Source of the DNA: Candidatus Eiseniibacteriota bacterium
Lineage (GTDB): Bacteria > Eisenbacteria > RBG-16-71-46 > SZUA-252
Length of the DNA: 64,000 bases
Reading direction: 5' to 3'
Assembly (NCBI GenBank): GCA_963703225.1
Contig: OY969801.1
Span: forward strand, 2,592,001 to 2,656,000
In this document: one piece after another, positions 1 to 9,890 of the stretch
How the letters are laid out: every line of letters starts with the position of its first letter
How positions within the stretch are numbered: the first letter of the stretch is position 1
Made by a program: the position numbers and the translations under genes
Notes under the pieces: model-generated
Told to the model about the DNA's origin: nothing
What the model saw: only the letters and a program-made list of their open reading frames with translations
Databases searched by the model: none

Positions 1-248
1 GGATCCTCGGAGGCGGTCCGACCATTCTGGGCACCTGGGCCGGCGCCTTCACCTACTCCGATCCCCTTTCGCTCCTCTTCTTGGGCATCGGCGCGGGCGC
101 AATCTTTCAGGTCGTCCGGGTGCTCGCCCGCGCGAGGGCGGTGGGAGGCGAATCGGTCATCGAGTCGCTCTCCCGCCCACGGAACGCCGCCGGACTCCTG
201 GTCGGCTTCGCCCTGATGTACGCGACGAGCCTGCTCGTCGCGGGATAA
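1..248 (+). CDS. ZIP-family metal transporter, C-terminal part (truncated by window start)
   Basis: Frame 3 reads ILGGGPTILGTWAGAFTYSDPLSLLFLGIGAGAIFQV...GLLVGFALMYATSLLVAG*, stop TAA at 246-248; hydrophobic helices resembling ZIP C-termini. Confidence 0.6.
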   Translation, partial: ILGGGPTILGTWAGAFTYSDPLSLLFLGIGAGAIFQVVRVLARARAVGGESVIESLSRPRNAAGLLVGFALMYATSLLVAG

Positions 249-257
249 GCACCCCGC

Positions 258-980
258 CTAGCCCGACTTCTTCGTCGTTGCGGTCGCAGCCGGTTTCTTG
301 GCCGGCGCGGCCTTGGACGATGCCGCGGGCTTCGCGCGGGTGCCCGTCTCCGCCATCACCTTCTTCAACTCACCTGACATATCGTTCTCCACCGTCATGG
401 TGTAGTTGTCGGGATCGGAGAAGAGGTACGTCATTTTCTGCGTGATGGCCTTCCCCTGCATCATGAAGGTCGAGAAAAGCACGATCGTGTTGTCGTTCGC
501 GAAGGTGCCGTAGTAGACGAACGAAACTGGGAACGTTCGGTTGGTCCAGACGATCTGGTACTGCTGCTTGTCCGGATCCCAACCCCAGACGGACCGGCCG
601 AAGGTGGGCTCACCCTTCAATTGGTACTCGTGGATTCCTTCAAGGTGCATTCCCGCGAATTGCCACTTGTAGGTCGTCTTGCCGGCGTAATCCGACTCCG
701 GTCCCATCGCGCTTTCAAACGTGTGGGTCTTCGCGGACCACGTGCCTAGGAGGATCGAGAGCCTCTTCAACTGCTCCGGCGGCCCCGCGAGGTAGTTGAC
801 CTTCTCGATGGCGGGGGTCGGCGGCGCCGGCTCCGTTGTGGTCGGGGGTGCCTGGGTCTGGGGCTGCGTCTGGGTATCCGGAGCGGCCGTCTGGCCGACC
901 GGCGGATCAGCCGCGAGCGCGAGCCCAGGAATTGCGAGGACCAGTGTCGCAGCGATGGCGATAAGTGCCTTTCTTATCAT
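258..980 (-). CDS. Secreted DUF1579-like protein
   Basis: Signal peptide, Pro/Gln/Thr linker, beta-rich domain (LLGTW...GWDPDKQQYQIVW), Lys/Ala tail; GGAGG upstream of ATG 980. Confidence 0.7.
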   Translation of the reverse strand: MIRKALIAIAATLVLAIPGLALAADPPVGQTAAPDTQTQPQTQAPPTTTEPAPPTPAIEKVNYLAGPPEQLKRLSILLGTWSAKTHTFESAMGPESDYAGKTTYKWQFAGMHLEGIHEYQLKGEPTFGRSVWGWDPDKQQYQIVWTNRTFPVSFVYYGTFANDNTIVLFSTFMMQGKAITQKMTYLFSDPDNYTMTVENDMSGELKKVMAETGTRAKPAASSKAAPAKKPAATATTKKSG

Positions 981-1128
981 CAATTGCCTCCAATTGAGCG
1001 GGTTTGATACGGGACCCCCGAAATGGTCTGGGCGTAGAACGGGCTGATGGTACCGCGCAATTCAGCCCCGAACAACCGCGGCCGCAACGCGCGAAGCCGG
1101 CGTGGCACGGCGTGATAAGCTGGGCGGC

Positions 1129-2052
1129 ATGACGCAGGGCGATGGAGCCGCGATCGTAGCCCGCGCCCTGGCGAAGACGTACGGCGCGCTCGAGGCGGTT
1201 CGGGGCGTTTCCTTCGAGGTGGCCGCGGGCGAGGTCGTTGGATTTCTCGGCCCGAACGGCGCGGGCAAGACAACCACCGTCCGGATGGTCTCTTGCTTTC
1301 TTCCGCCGAGCGCCGGCACCGCCGCCGTCTACGGCATCGACGTGCGAGAGCGGCCGCGGGAGGTGAAGCGGCTCCTCGGCATCTGCCCGCAGGAAGACAA
1401 CCTCGACCCCGATTTCGACGTCCTGAAGAACCTCCTCGTCTACGGGCGCTATTTCGGCATCCCCGGAAAGGCCCTTCGCGCGCGGGCCGAGGAGCTCTTG
1501 GCCCTCGTTCAGCTCTCCGACCGAAAGCGCGCGGCGATCGCGGAGCTTTCGGGAGGGATGAAGCGGCGGCTGATCCTGGCGCGCGCCCTCATCAACGGCC
1601 CGCGGGTGCTCATCCTCGACGAGCCGACGACCGGGCTCGACCCGCAGGCACGCCACGCCATCTGGACGCGCATCCGCGCCCTGCGCGCGACCGGCGTGAC
1701 CGTGCTCCTCACCACCCACTACATGGAAGAGGCGGCGCAGCTCTGCGACCGGGTCATCGTCATCGACAACGGGCAGATCCTGCTCGAGGGCTCGCCCCAG
1801 TCGCTCGTGGATCGCGAGGTGGGACGCACGGTGGTCGAGGCCTGGAACTTTGACGAGCTCTTCGAATCGTTTCTGCGGGGCCTTCCGGGGCGAATCGAGG
1901 TGGTCGGCGACCGGCTCTATTTCTATCCGGTGGAGGGAGACCATGTGGAGCGCCTCCTGGAGGAGCGCTTCCCCAACCAGGAACGCCTGATCCGTCGCGC
2001 CTCGCTCGAGGATGTCTTCCTCAAGCTCACGGGCCGAGCGCTCCGGGATTGA
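1129..2052 (+). CDS. ABC-2 exporter ATP-binding subunit (NodI/DrrA-like)
   Basis: Walker A GPNGAGKT, signature LSGGM, Walker B LILDEPT, H-loop TTHY; ATG 1129 preceded by TGnTAAGCT. Confidence 0.92.
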   Translation: MTQGDGAAIVARALAKTYGALEAVRGVSFEVAAGEVVGFLGPNGAGKTTTVRMVSCFLPPSAGTAAVYGIDVRERPREVKRLLGICPQEDNLDPDFDVLKNLLVYGRYFGIPGKALRARAEELLALVQLSDRKRAAIAELSGGMKRRLILARALINGPRVLILDEPTTGLDPQARHAIWTRIRALRATGVTVLLTTHYMEEAAQLCDRVIVIDNGQILLEGSPQSLVDREVGRTVVEAWNFDELFESFLRGLPGRIEVVGDRLYFYPVEGDHVERLLEERFPNQERLIRRASLEDVFLKLTGRALRD

Positions 2053-2056
2053 CGCG

Positions 2057-2845
2057 ATGCGCGAGATCTTAAGAAACCTATCGACCCGGGCGTTCCGCGT
2101 CTGGCAGCGGGACGCGGACGTCTACTTCACCACGTGGAAGACGGAGTTCCTGCCTCCCCTCCTCGAGCCGATCCTCTACGTCCTTGCCTTCGGCCTTGGC
2201 CTGGGACAGCTGATCCACGAGGTGCGCTACGAGGGGCGCCCCCTGGCCTACATCCAGTTCATGGCGCCGGGCATCATCGCGATCGCGATCATGTTCTGGG
2301 CCTTCTTCGAGACCACGTTTTCGTCGTACGTGCGGATGTACTACCAGAAGACCTTCGACGCGATCCTCGCCACGCCGCTCCTGGTGGAAGACGTGATTCT
2401 CGGAGAGATTCTCTGGGGGATGACCAAGGCGACGATCGCGGCGACGATCATGCTGGTCGTGCTTACCGTGATGGGGCTGGTGGCCTGGCCGAGCGGGCTG
2501 CTCGTGATCCCGATCGCCGCGGCCGGCGGGCTTCTCTTCTCGGGGTTTGGGCTCCTGATGACGTCGGCGGTGAAGACGATCTCTCAGTTCAACGTGCCGA
2601 TGTTTGCGGTCATCATGCCGATGTTCGCCTTTGGAGGAACCTTCTTCCCGGTCGACATCCTGCCGCGGTGGGCGCTGGCCGTTGCGTGGTGTCTCCCGCT
2701 CACCCACCTCTCGCTTCTGACCCGCGCGGCGGTTCTGGGCTGGCCGCACCCGATGATGGGCTGGAGCGCGCTCTACGTCGGCGTGGCCGCAATCCTGCTC
2801 GCGGCGTGGGCGTTGGTCCGGATGAAGCGGCGGCTGGTCCCCTAG
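2057..2845 (+). CDS. ABC-2 exporter permease (NodJ-like)
   Basis: About six hydrophobic segments, YIQFMAPGI and GGTFFP motifs; 4 bp after the ATPase gene. Confidence 0.9.
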   Translation: MREILRNLSTRAFRVWQRDADVYFTTWKTEFLPPLLEPILYVLAFGLGLGQLIHEVRYEGRPLAYIQFMAPGIIAIAIMFWAFFETTFSSYVRMYYQKTFDAILATPLLVEDVILGEILWGMTKATIAATIMLVVLTVMGLVAWPSGLLVIPIAAAGGLLFSGFGLLMTSAVKTISQFNVPMFAVIMPMFAFGGTFFPVDILPRWALAVAWCLPLTHLSLLTRAAVLGWPHPMMGWSALYVGVAAILLAAWALVRMKRRLVP

Positions 2846-3237
2846 TCGAGTCCTGAAATCCCAAGCCAGTCCAGGGCGTCGTCCAGCGTGCGGAAGACCA
2901 TGACCTCCTTCCGGCCGGAAGCCTCTCCCTCGCGAAAGACCTCGTACATGCGGCCGAGGCCGAATGCCAAATCTTCGGAGGCGACGATCGCGAACTTGGT
3001 CCTGTGCTCGGGCGGATCCATTCGCGCGGAGAGGGCGGCCAGAGCCCGCATGCGGTCGATCGACGGGAGCTCGATCCGCTCCACGGCGCTCATGTCGACG
3101 AGCTCGTGGTATCCGACCACCTCACTCAAGGACCAGACCTCGCGCTGATACCCAAAGAAGTCCGCGTCGGTCATGACTCCCCGGCCGTTCGCGAAGACGA
3201 TCCGCCGCTCGTGGTCGATTCGGTATTCGATGGGCAT
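2842..3237 (-). CDS. Hypothetical protein, STAS/SEC14 (SpoIIAA-like) type
   Basis: 131 aa with AIVASEDLAFGLGRMY and VFRTLDDALDWLG motifs. Confidence 0.6.
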   Translation of the reverse strand: MPIEYRIDHERRIVFANGRGVMTDADFFGYQREVWSLSEVVGYHELVDMSAVERIELPSIDRMRALAALSARMDPPEHRTKFAIVASEDLAFGLGRMYEVFREGEASGRKEVMVFRTLDDALDWLGISGLD

Positions 3238-3276
3238 GGTCGCGGGCAGCCGCGCTCAATGGGGCGGCCGGCCCGA

Positions 3277-4420
3277 TCAGGGCTCTGGGGTTCGCTCCTT
3301 CAAGAATTCCTGCAGCCTCTGCGCGGCGATCCGCTGCGTCTCGGGGTTGCCCGCCGAGAGCCGAATCGCGCGTTGATAGTGGTGGATGATCTCATCGGCG
3401 GTCGCCGAATCGGGGGCCGCGCCAGCCTTCACCCGCATGGCCTCGGCGAAGTAGAGCCTCGCCCGCGCCGAGTCGACCGGGGTCGCGATCCCGCCGGTTC
3501 GATAGAGATTTCGAAGCGCCGGCTCGGCGCGGAGGACGTTCTCGTCCGAGATTCCGGGTCCCCATGTGGGCGGGAGGCCGTAGCGCTGGAGGAGGGCCAG
3601 AAATCGCGGATCGGCGGGCTCCGCGAAGAGGCCGTTCCCCGCCATCTGCGGCGAAGGGGCCGACTGGGCCGATGGCGCGCCGGAGGCGGCCTTCTCACGG
3701 CCCGCGTCCGGCTTCGCCACCACCTCGTCCGCAGCGCCGCCGCGGAGCTGAATCTTCCCCTCGGCGGCCGGTGCGTTTGCGTCCTGCTTTACCTTCTGAT
3801 CGAGGTCCGCCTCGGTCCTTCGCCAGCTCCTTGCGTGCTGCCAATCTTTGATCGCCGCGGATCTCCTCGTCCTTGGACTCAGGTCCCCGATTCTCGCGCT
3901 TCTTCCCCACGGCGCCAGCCTCGGGCCGGCGCGCGCCAAGGGAGTCGCGCTTGGCGCGTGAGCGCGCCGCGTCGGGGGCCGAGCGCTCCAGCACCGACAC
4001 TTGTGGAGGATGCTTCAAGACCGCTCCCTGCCGGACCAGGAGCACCGCGATGATGATGACGGTCGCGGCGGCGCTCGCCGTCGAGATCAGGGCGACCCAG
4101 GGCAAACGAGGAGCCCGGGCGCGCTTGGCCTCCCACTCCATCTCGGCCTCCGAGCGGCGGCGCTCGGCCCTCGGCGCCGTCTCGCCGGTCTCAAGGCGCG
4201 CCATCACCTTGTCGGTCATCCGCTCGAGGTAGCCCTCTCCCGGCTCTCCCGCGCCGATCTTCAACTCCGATTCGAGCCGTGAAATCTCGTCGATCAGCTC
4301 CCGGCAGACGTGGCAGCTCAGAACGTGCGCTTCGATGACCGCGCGACGATCGGCTTTGAGCTCGCCGTCGCGATAGGCAAAGAGATCCTCGCCCGACGGG
4401 TGCAGTTGATTCGGACTCAT
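3277..4420 (-). CDS. Zinc-binding (zf-HC2) membrane anti-sigma factor, apparent frameshift near 3817
   Basis: ATG 4420; HxxxCxxC (HVLSCHVC) then a TM helix; the sensible sequence continues in ORF 3277..3939 (TEADLDQKVKQ...) if one G in GCGAAGGACC is removed. Confidence 0.7.
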
Positions 4421-5014
4421 GCGCAAACGACCTTTCTGATTTTGGCTCATCTGCTCGACCAAGGCTTCGCGCGCCCTGGCGAGGCGTGACATGACGGTTC
4501 CGATCGGAATCCCGAGCGCGTCGGCGATGGATACGTAGGAGAAATCGCCATCCACCCGCAGGGCGAGGATCACGCGATGCTCCTCGGAGAGGCGCGCGTA
4601 GGCCCGCTCCACCTCGAGCCGCCTTGCCATCGCTCCGGGATCCGAGGCGGGATCGGCGACCCGCTCGGCGAGCGGCGGTCCCCCGTCGGGCCCTGGGTCG
4701 TCCAGCGGTTGAGCCGCGCGCCGCTTCCCCTGACGGATCGCGGAAAGGGCGGTTCGTGCCACGATCGTGAGGAGCCAGGGCGTGATCGCGGCGCCCGGCT
4801 CAAAGCGATCGAGGGCGCGGTAGGCCTTCACGTAGCTCTCCTGGACCACGTCGTCCGCGTCTTCGTGGTTTCGGGTGATCCGGCGAGCCAGGAGATACGC
4901 GGGACGCCGAGTACGGCGCACGATCTCCGCGAACGTGTCCGTCTCGCCGCCGCGCACGAGGCGGACCAGCTCGTCGTCGGTAAGGGCAGACCGATCGGGC
5001 CGCGGTGGGGTCAT
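4417..5014 (-). CDS. ECF RNA polymerase sigma factor (as assembled, runs in-frame into the anti-sigma)
   Basis: Region 2 DADDVVQESYVKAY...WLLTI and region 4 IADALGIPIGTVMSRLARAR; no in-frame stop, but an ATGA overlap motif at 4417-4420. Confidence 0.88.
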
Positions 5015-5182
5015 CGGCCGCCGACTCTACTACGCGGGCGAAGCGAGGACTATTCCATTCCACCGGGCACGTATTGATAAGTGTCGCTGAGGGGCGGGGT
5101 TGGAAGCTCGGCCAAAAGGGAGTAGCATCCAGGGGACCGAGCCGTCGCGCACCGGAAATTCCATCCCCCACCGGGAGACCCC

Positions 5183-6577
5183 ATGAATCTCGAAAAGGCG
5201 TTCGCCTACATACAGGAGCATCAGAAGCGGCTCATCGACGAGCTGGTCGGTTTTCTGAAGATCCCCAGCATCAGCGCGCACAAGGAGCACGACGCCGACG
5301 TCGCGCGCGCCTTGGAGTACGACAAGAAGAAGCTGGAATCGCTCGGCTTTCGCACCGAGGTCTGGCCGACCCGCGCCCACGCGGGTCTTTTCGCCGAGCG
5401 GATGGTGAGCGCCGACATGCCGACGGTCCTGATCTACGGCCACGTCGATGTCCAGCCGGTCGATCCGATCGAGCTCTGGCAATCGCCTCCGTTCGAGCCG
5501 CGGATCCACGACGGAAAGATCTGGGCCCGGGGCGCGGACGACAACAAGGGGCAGCACTACGCTCAGATCGTCGGGGTCGAGGCCGCCCTGAAGGGCGGCG
5601 GCGGGCTCCCGGTGAACGTCAAGTTCATCATCGAGAGCGATGAGGAGTACGACGGCGAGGCGATGGCGGTCGAGCTTCCCAAGCACGCGAAGAAGCTCGC
5701 GTGCGACGTCTTCGTCGTCTCGGACTCGAATTTTCCCGACATGGACCATCCCGCCGTGACGCTCTCCCTCCGAGGCATCCAGACGGTCGAGATCACGATC
5801 ACCGGGGCCGACGGCGACAAGCACTCCGGCGAGTGGGGCGGGATGCTCTACGAGCCGATCGACGTGCTCCGATGGGTCATCCAGAATCTCAAAGATTTCG
5901 AGTCAGGCCGCGTTCTGGTGCCCGGGTTCTACGATGACGTGGTCGCCCCGACCGCCGACTCACGCCGCGCGGTCACGGCGAGGCCCTGGGACGACGCCGC
6001 GATGGCGAAATCGATGGGGGTGGCGCGGCTTTTCCACGAAGAGGGGTTCACGCCGCTCGAATCGGGGACGCTCCGCCCGACACTCCAGGTCAACGGGATT
6101 TGGGGCGGCTATACGGGACAAGGCTTCAAGACCGTCATCGGGAACAAGGCCCACGCCAAGATCAGCATGCGCCTCGTGCCCAACCAGGACCCCGAGAAGA
6201 TTCTCCAAATCTTCGAGCGGCACGTCCGCACGCTGGTCGGCGACAAGGGGAAAGTGGAGTTCAAGCGCTTCGGCGCGGGTCAGCCCTTTTGGGCGGACCC
6301 TAAGAGCCCTTACGTCCAGGCGGGGCTCCGCGCTCTCGAAGCAGCCTTTGGGAAGCCGGCCGTCACCCTCGCGATGGGGGGCTCGATTCCGATCGTCCCG
6401 CCGCTGGTTCAGGTGACCGGGGCGCCCTGCGTCATGATGGGATATGGCCTTCCGGGGGATAACCTTCACGCTCCGAACGAGAACTTCCCCGTTGCCAACT
6501 TCCTCGGCGGGGCCAAGGCATCCGCGGCCTATTTGAGCGAGGTGGCGACCCGAGTGGGCGTCGCGGCCAGGGGCTAG
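5183..6577 (+). CDS. M20 family dipeptidase / metallohydrolase
   Basis: YGHVDVQP, GADDNKG, ESDEE and HAPNE metal-binding motifs; GGAG SD. Confidence 0.92.
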   Translation: MNLEKAFAYIQEHQKRLIDELVGFLKIPSISAHKEHDADVARALEYDKKKLESLGFRTEVWPTRAHAGLFAERMVSADMPTVLIYGHVDVQPVDPIELWQSPPFEPRIHDGKIWARGADDNKGQHYAQIVGVEAALKGGGGLPVNVKFIIESDEEYDGEAMAVELPKHAKKLACDVFVVSDSNFPDMDHPAVTLSLRGIQTVEITITGADGDKHSGEWGGMLYEPIDVLRWVIQNLKDFESGRVLVPGFYDDVVAPTADSRRAVTARPWDDAAMAKSMGVARLFHEEGFTPLESGTLRPTLQVNGIWGGYTGQGFKTVIGNKAHAKISMRLVPNQDPEKILQIFERHVRTLVGDKGKVEFKRFGAGQPFWADPKSPYVQAGLRALEAAFGKPAVTLAMGGSIPIVPPLVQVTGAPCVMMGYGLPGDNLHAPNENFPVANFLGGAKASAAYLSEVATRVGVAARG

Positions 6578-6781
6578 CGAATGTAGGGAGGCTCATGTAT
6601 TCTGCCGCCGTGGCGGGCATCGAAGCGAATTAGCCCATCGAAGTGCGCCACCGGCCAAGGACGGCCGGAAGGCTGTGCCCGCGTCAGGGACGACGGGGCG
6701 CGTACGGCGGCACGGGTGTGAGCTCGCGGTTCTCACCGGCACCCGACTCAGGCCCCACCGTGACGGCGCGCCCCTGACGCA

Positions 6782-7471
6782 TCACCGCATCGACACCCGG
6801 AGCTGGTCGAAGTCGACCACCGTATCATCCTCGGTCCAGAGCCCCACGCCCCCTGACGAGAAGCGCTCGTCCCGGAGTCGGATCTTCTCCTCCCCATCGT
6901 AGCGCGCGATCATGACGCTCCCTTTGCGCTCGACCTCGATGGTGTGCCACGTCTGGGGCTCGGGCGGAGTGATCTTGGCATAGTGAAGGTCCCGGCGCTT
7001 TCCCACCAGCAGGTAGTGCGCGATCAGCTCACCGGTATCACCGCTCACGCGGACGATGTAGCCGTTTCTTCCCTTGGGATCGAGCTGAAACATCACCCCG
7101 GCCGAAGGATCGATCTCCCCGCTCCGGATCCGAAACCGCATCGATACGGTCATGTCGCCCAGCACGGGCTTGGGAAACTGGATGTAGTGAAACTTGAGGC
7201 CGTCATCCTCCTCACGCTGCCGAAGCACTCGCGGGAGGGCGGCGGAGTCCCAGGCGGCGCTGTCGGCGGGTGCCCGGGTGGAGTCGACGACCACCTCCCA
7301 CAGGCCGCCGAACCTCACGCTGTTCGTGGGCGCCTGGCCCAGCGTGTCCGCCGCGAAGGAAAAGGCCCACGTCTTCTGGTGGTGCTTCCCGCTCGCCGCC
7401 AGGGCGAGCGTCGGGGAAACGAGGGCCCAGGCGAGGGCCAGCGCGGCGGCAAGAGCGGTGCGTGGGGTCAC
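6782..7471 (-). CDS. Secreted ConA-like beta-sandwich (DUF1080-like) protein
   Basis: Signal peptide; WHTIEVERKG...FSSGGVGLWT...FDQLRV; GTGA overlap with the upstream gene. Confidence 0.6.
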   Translation of the reverse strand: MTPRTALAAALALAWALVSPTLALAASGKHHQKTWAFSFAADTLGQAPTNSVRFGGLWEVVVDSTRAPADSAAWDSAALPRVLRQREEDDGLKFHYIQFPKPVLGDMTVSMRFRIRSGEIDPSAGVMFQLDPKGRNGYIVRVSGDTGELIAHYLLVGKRRDLHYAKITPPEPQTWHTIEVERKGSVMIARYDGEEKIRLRDERFSSGGVGLWTEDDTVVDFDQLRVSMR

Positions 7472-8994
7472 GAGGTCTCCTTGAGGGTCTGAAACAAACG
7501 GAGCATCGCTTCCGTGTCGCGTTCACAGTAGGCGAGGAGCCCCTTCCGGAGATTCTCGCGCTCTGCCGGGTGCGTCGATGGATCGGTCATGGCCGAGAAG
7601 GCCAGGGCGGCCTGGCTTCCTTCCCGGATCAGGAGCTTGCTGTAGTCGAGCCCGTCCACGAGGACGGGCAGCACGTCCTTGATCGAGAAAGATCCGTGAA
7701 ATCCGGGATGGTAGTAGTGCTCATGAATCAGCTTGTGGAGATCCACCATGCGCCGCTCGACGAGCGGAAGAAGTCGATCGGCGAGCGCGGGGAGCGCCTC
7801 GGCCAGAGAGCGGATCACCCGAGCCTCGAACTCCGAGTAGACGACGATCGATCCGTCTCCGTCGAGGGCATCGAGCAGCTCCTCAGCGAGCCTTGGCCGG
7901 GGATCGGACCTCTCGGCATGGAGGAAGGCCCGATGGCGTACCGACCCGCTCCGGTCCAGGACGTGGTCGGACCACTGGAACGGCGTCTGCTGAAACGGCC
8001 GCGTCCACGGGATGATCGGGAGCGCGGGGTTACAGGTTTCGAAGTCGAGGAAGTGGACCGGGTGCCGGATCGCTTCGAGGTGGGACTTCAGATCCGGGTG
8101 GGTGAACGGCTCGCCCTTCACGACGCAGTCCCGCACGCGCCTCTGGAGCGCGCTCAAGCCGTCGAAGTCCTCCGGAATGTCCTTGATGTCCTCGATCTCG
8201 GCGCCGAGGAGCGCGTGGTAGACCTTGGGCGAAAGCCTCGGCAAATCGCTCACCCGGTGCTCCGGGCCGTCCCCGTGACAATAGTCGTAGTACGGGCAGA
8301 CGTAGGGCTTCCGGCACTGGGGCCCGACCGCGATCGCGGGCGGCTCGGTTCCTCGCAGCGCCTCGCGCATCGCCTCGATGCTTTCGAGGAGTCTGGGAAT
8401 CGTCGAGCGGGCGTCCTCGGTCAGATCCTGGACCGCGAAGAGCGCGTTCAGATCGTAGTCGCCTCCCGGCCAGAGGTACTGGTTGTTCACGTGGAGCAGG
8501 ACGGCGCGATCAACACGGACGCCGCTTCCCTCCGCGACGTGGACCTGGATCGCGAGGTCCGGCAGGTATTCCTCCTTGAAGCCGGCGCTCGACTTGACCT
8601 CGATCAGATTCCAGGCTCGGGAGCCGGTTCGCGCGAGCACATCGACCCGGACCCGAATCCCGTCGAAGGTGAACGCGGCCTCATAGATCGCCGGCGTCCC
8701 TGGATCGGGGAGCATGGCCGCCGTCTCCCGCACGGCGAGGTCGTGGAGCTTGGGGTCCTCGGTGATGACGACGCCCCCCGGAAACCGCCCGCGGGCGACT
8801 TTCCCCACCTGCCTCCCCGCGTCCAGAATCGCTTGGCGCCCGGGATCCATCTCGTCCCGGTCATCGTGGGCGTAGGTCTCGAGGTAAACCCGCTTCAAGC
8901 ATTGAAGCCCGGCTGTGACCCGGGACTTGGAGAGCGGCTTGATCGTCGTGCGGCGGGCGGACATGAAGTCCCAGAGCGGAATCTGGTTCATCAA
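7468..8994 (-). CDS. DUF2779-type protein: PD-(D/E)XK nuclease fused to a DEDD/RNase H-like exonuclease domain
   Basis: LSKS...QC start, VDVL-x-LIEVKSS, Cys cluster CRKPYVCPYYDYC, FLDFET, YCERD; TGnTATCGT 6 nt before TTG 8994. Confidence 0.8.
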   Translation of the reverse strand: MMNQIPLWDFMSARRTTIKPLSKSRVTAGLQCLKRVYLETYAHDDRDEMDPGRQAILDAGRQVGKVARGRFPGGVVITEDPKLHDLAVRETAAMLPDPGTPAIYEAAFTFDGIRVRVDVLARTGSRAWNLIEVKSSAGFKEEYLPDLAIQVHVAEGSGVRVDRAVLLHVNNQYLWPGGDYDLNALFAVQDLTEDARSTIPRLLESIEAMREALRGTEPPAIAVGPQCRKPYVCPYYDYCHGDGPEHRVSDLPRLSPKVYHALLGAEIEDIKDIPEDFDGLSALQRRVRDCVVKGEPFTHPDLKSHLEAIRHPVHFLDFETCNPALPIIPWTRPFQQTPFQWSDHVLDRSGSVRHRAFLHAERSDPRPRLAEELLDALDGDGSIVVYSEFEARVIRSLAEALPALADRLLPLVERRMVDLHKLIHEHYYHPGFHGSFSIKDVLPVLVDGLDYSKLLIREGSQAALAFSAMTDPSTHPAERENLRKGLLAYCERDTEAMLRLFQTLKETS

Positions 8995-9201
8995 GGGGAA
9001 ACGATATCACAGCCGAGGTAGGGCGGAGGAGGGCTCGGGGGTCATTGCGCCGGGCGCGAACGGACCCGGGCGAACTCGCACGATGCAGGATTGGGCCCGC
9101 CGCGCCGGCTCCCAGATCATACAGGATGGGTCCGCGTTCTGTGGGTTCCCCGAAGAACGATTCCTACACGCGGGGGCGCGCGCCGGCGGTAGGATGAGTC
9201 T

Positions 9202-9801
9202 GTGACCGCGCAAGGAGATCCCATCGCGCTCTTTCAGGAATGGCTCGAGGCCGCGGCCCGGACCGATCTGCCCGAACCCTCGGCCGTCGCCCTCGCGACG
9301 GTCGGCGCCGACGGCAGCCCCTCGGTGCGGATGGTCCTGGCCCGAGGGGTCGACCCACGCGGCGTGGTCTTCTACACCAACGTCGAGAGCAGAAAGGGAC
9401 GGGAGCTCGGCATGGGCCGGGGCGCGGCCGTTCCGGTTTCCCTCTGTTTTTACTGGCCGCCGATGACGCGACAGGTCCGCATGGATGGACTGGCCTCTCC
9501 CGTTTCCGACGCCGAAGCCGATCGATACTGGGCGTCGCGCCCCAGAGCCCACCAAGTCGCCGCTTGGGCTTCGCCGCAGAGCCAGCCGCTTCTCGACGGC
9601 CGCGCCGAGCTGGAGCGGCGATACGCGGAGATGGATCGAAAGCTCCCTCGGGAGCGGGTCCCACGCCCGCCCTTCTGGACCGGATTTCTGGTGGTTCCCC
9701 ACCAGATTGAATTCTGGGAGGGTCGAGAAAACCGGCTCCACGATCGGACGCTCTACCGCCGCGAGGGATCGGGCTGGGTGGCCACCGCCCTCGGTCCCTG
9801 A
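9202..9801 (+). CDS. pdxH: Pyridoxamine 5'-phosphate oxidase
   Basis: DPIALFQEWL, RMVL, FYTNxESRKG, RQVR, SPQS, EFWEGRENRLHDR. Confidence 0.95.
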   Translation: MTAQGDPIALFQEWLEAAARTDLPEPSAVALATVGADGSPSVRMVLARGVDPRGVVFYTNVESRKGRELGMGRGAAVPVSLCFYWPPMTRQVRMDGLASPVSDAEADRYWASRPRAHQVAAWASPQSQPLLDGRAELERRYAEMDRKLPRERVPRPPFWTGFLVVPHQIEFWEGRENRLHDRTLYRREGSGWVATALGP

Positions 9802-9890
9802 CAGCCCTTCCCCTCGGGGGCACCTCGATGTAGCCTCATTGGACTCGGGTCAGTCGACCTCGCTCCACAGAGACAGCAGGAGGTGCTCCC

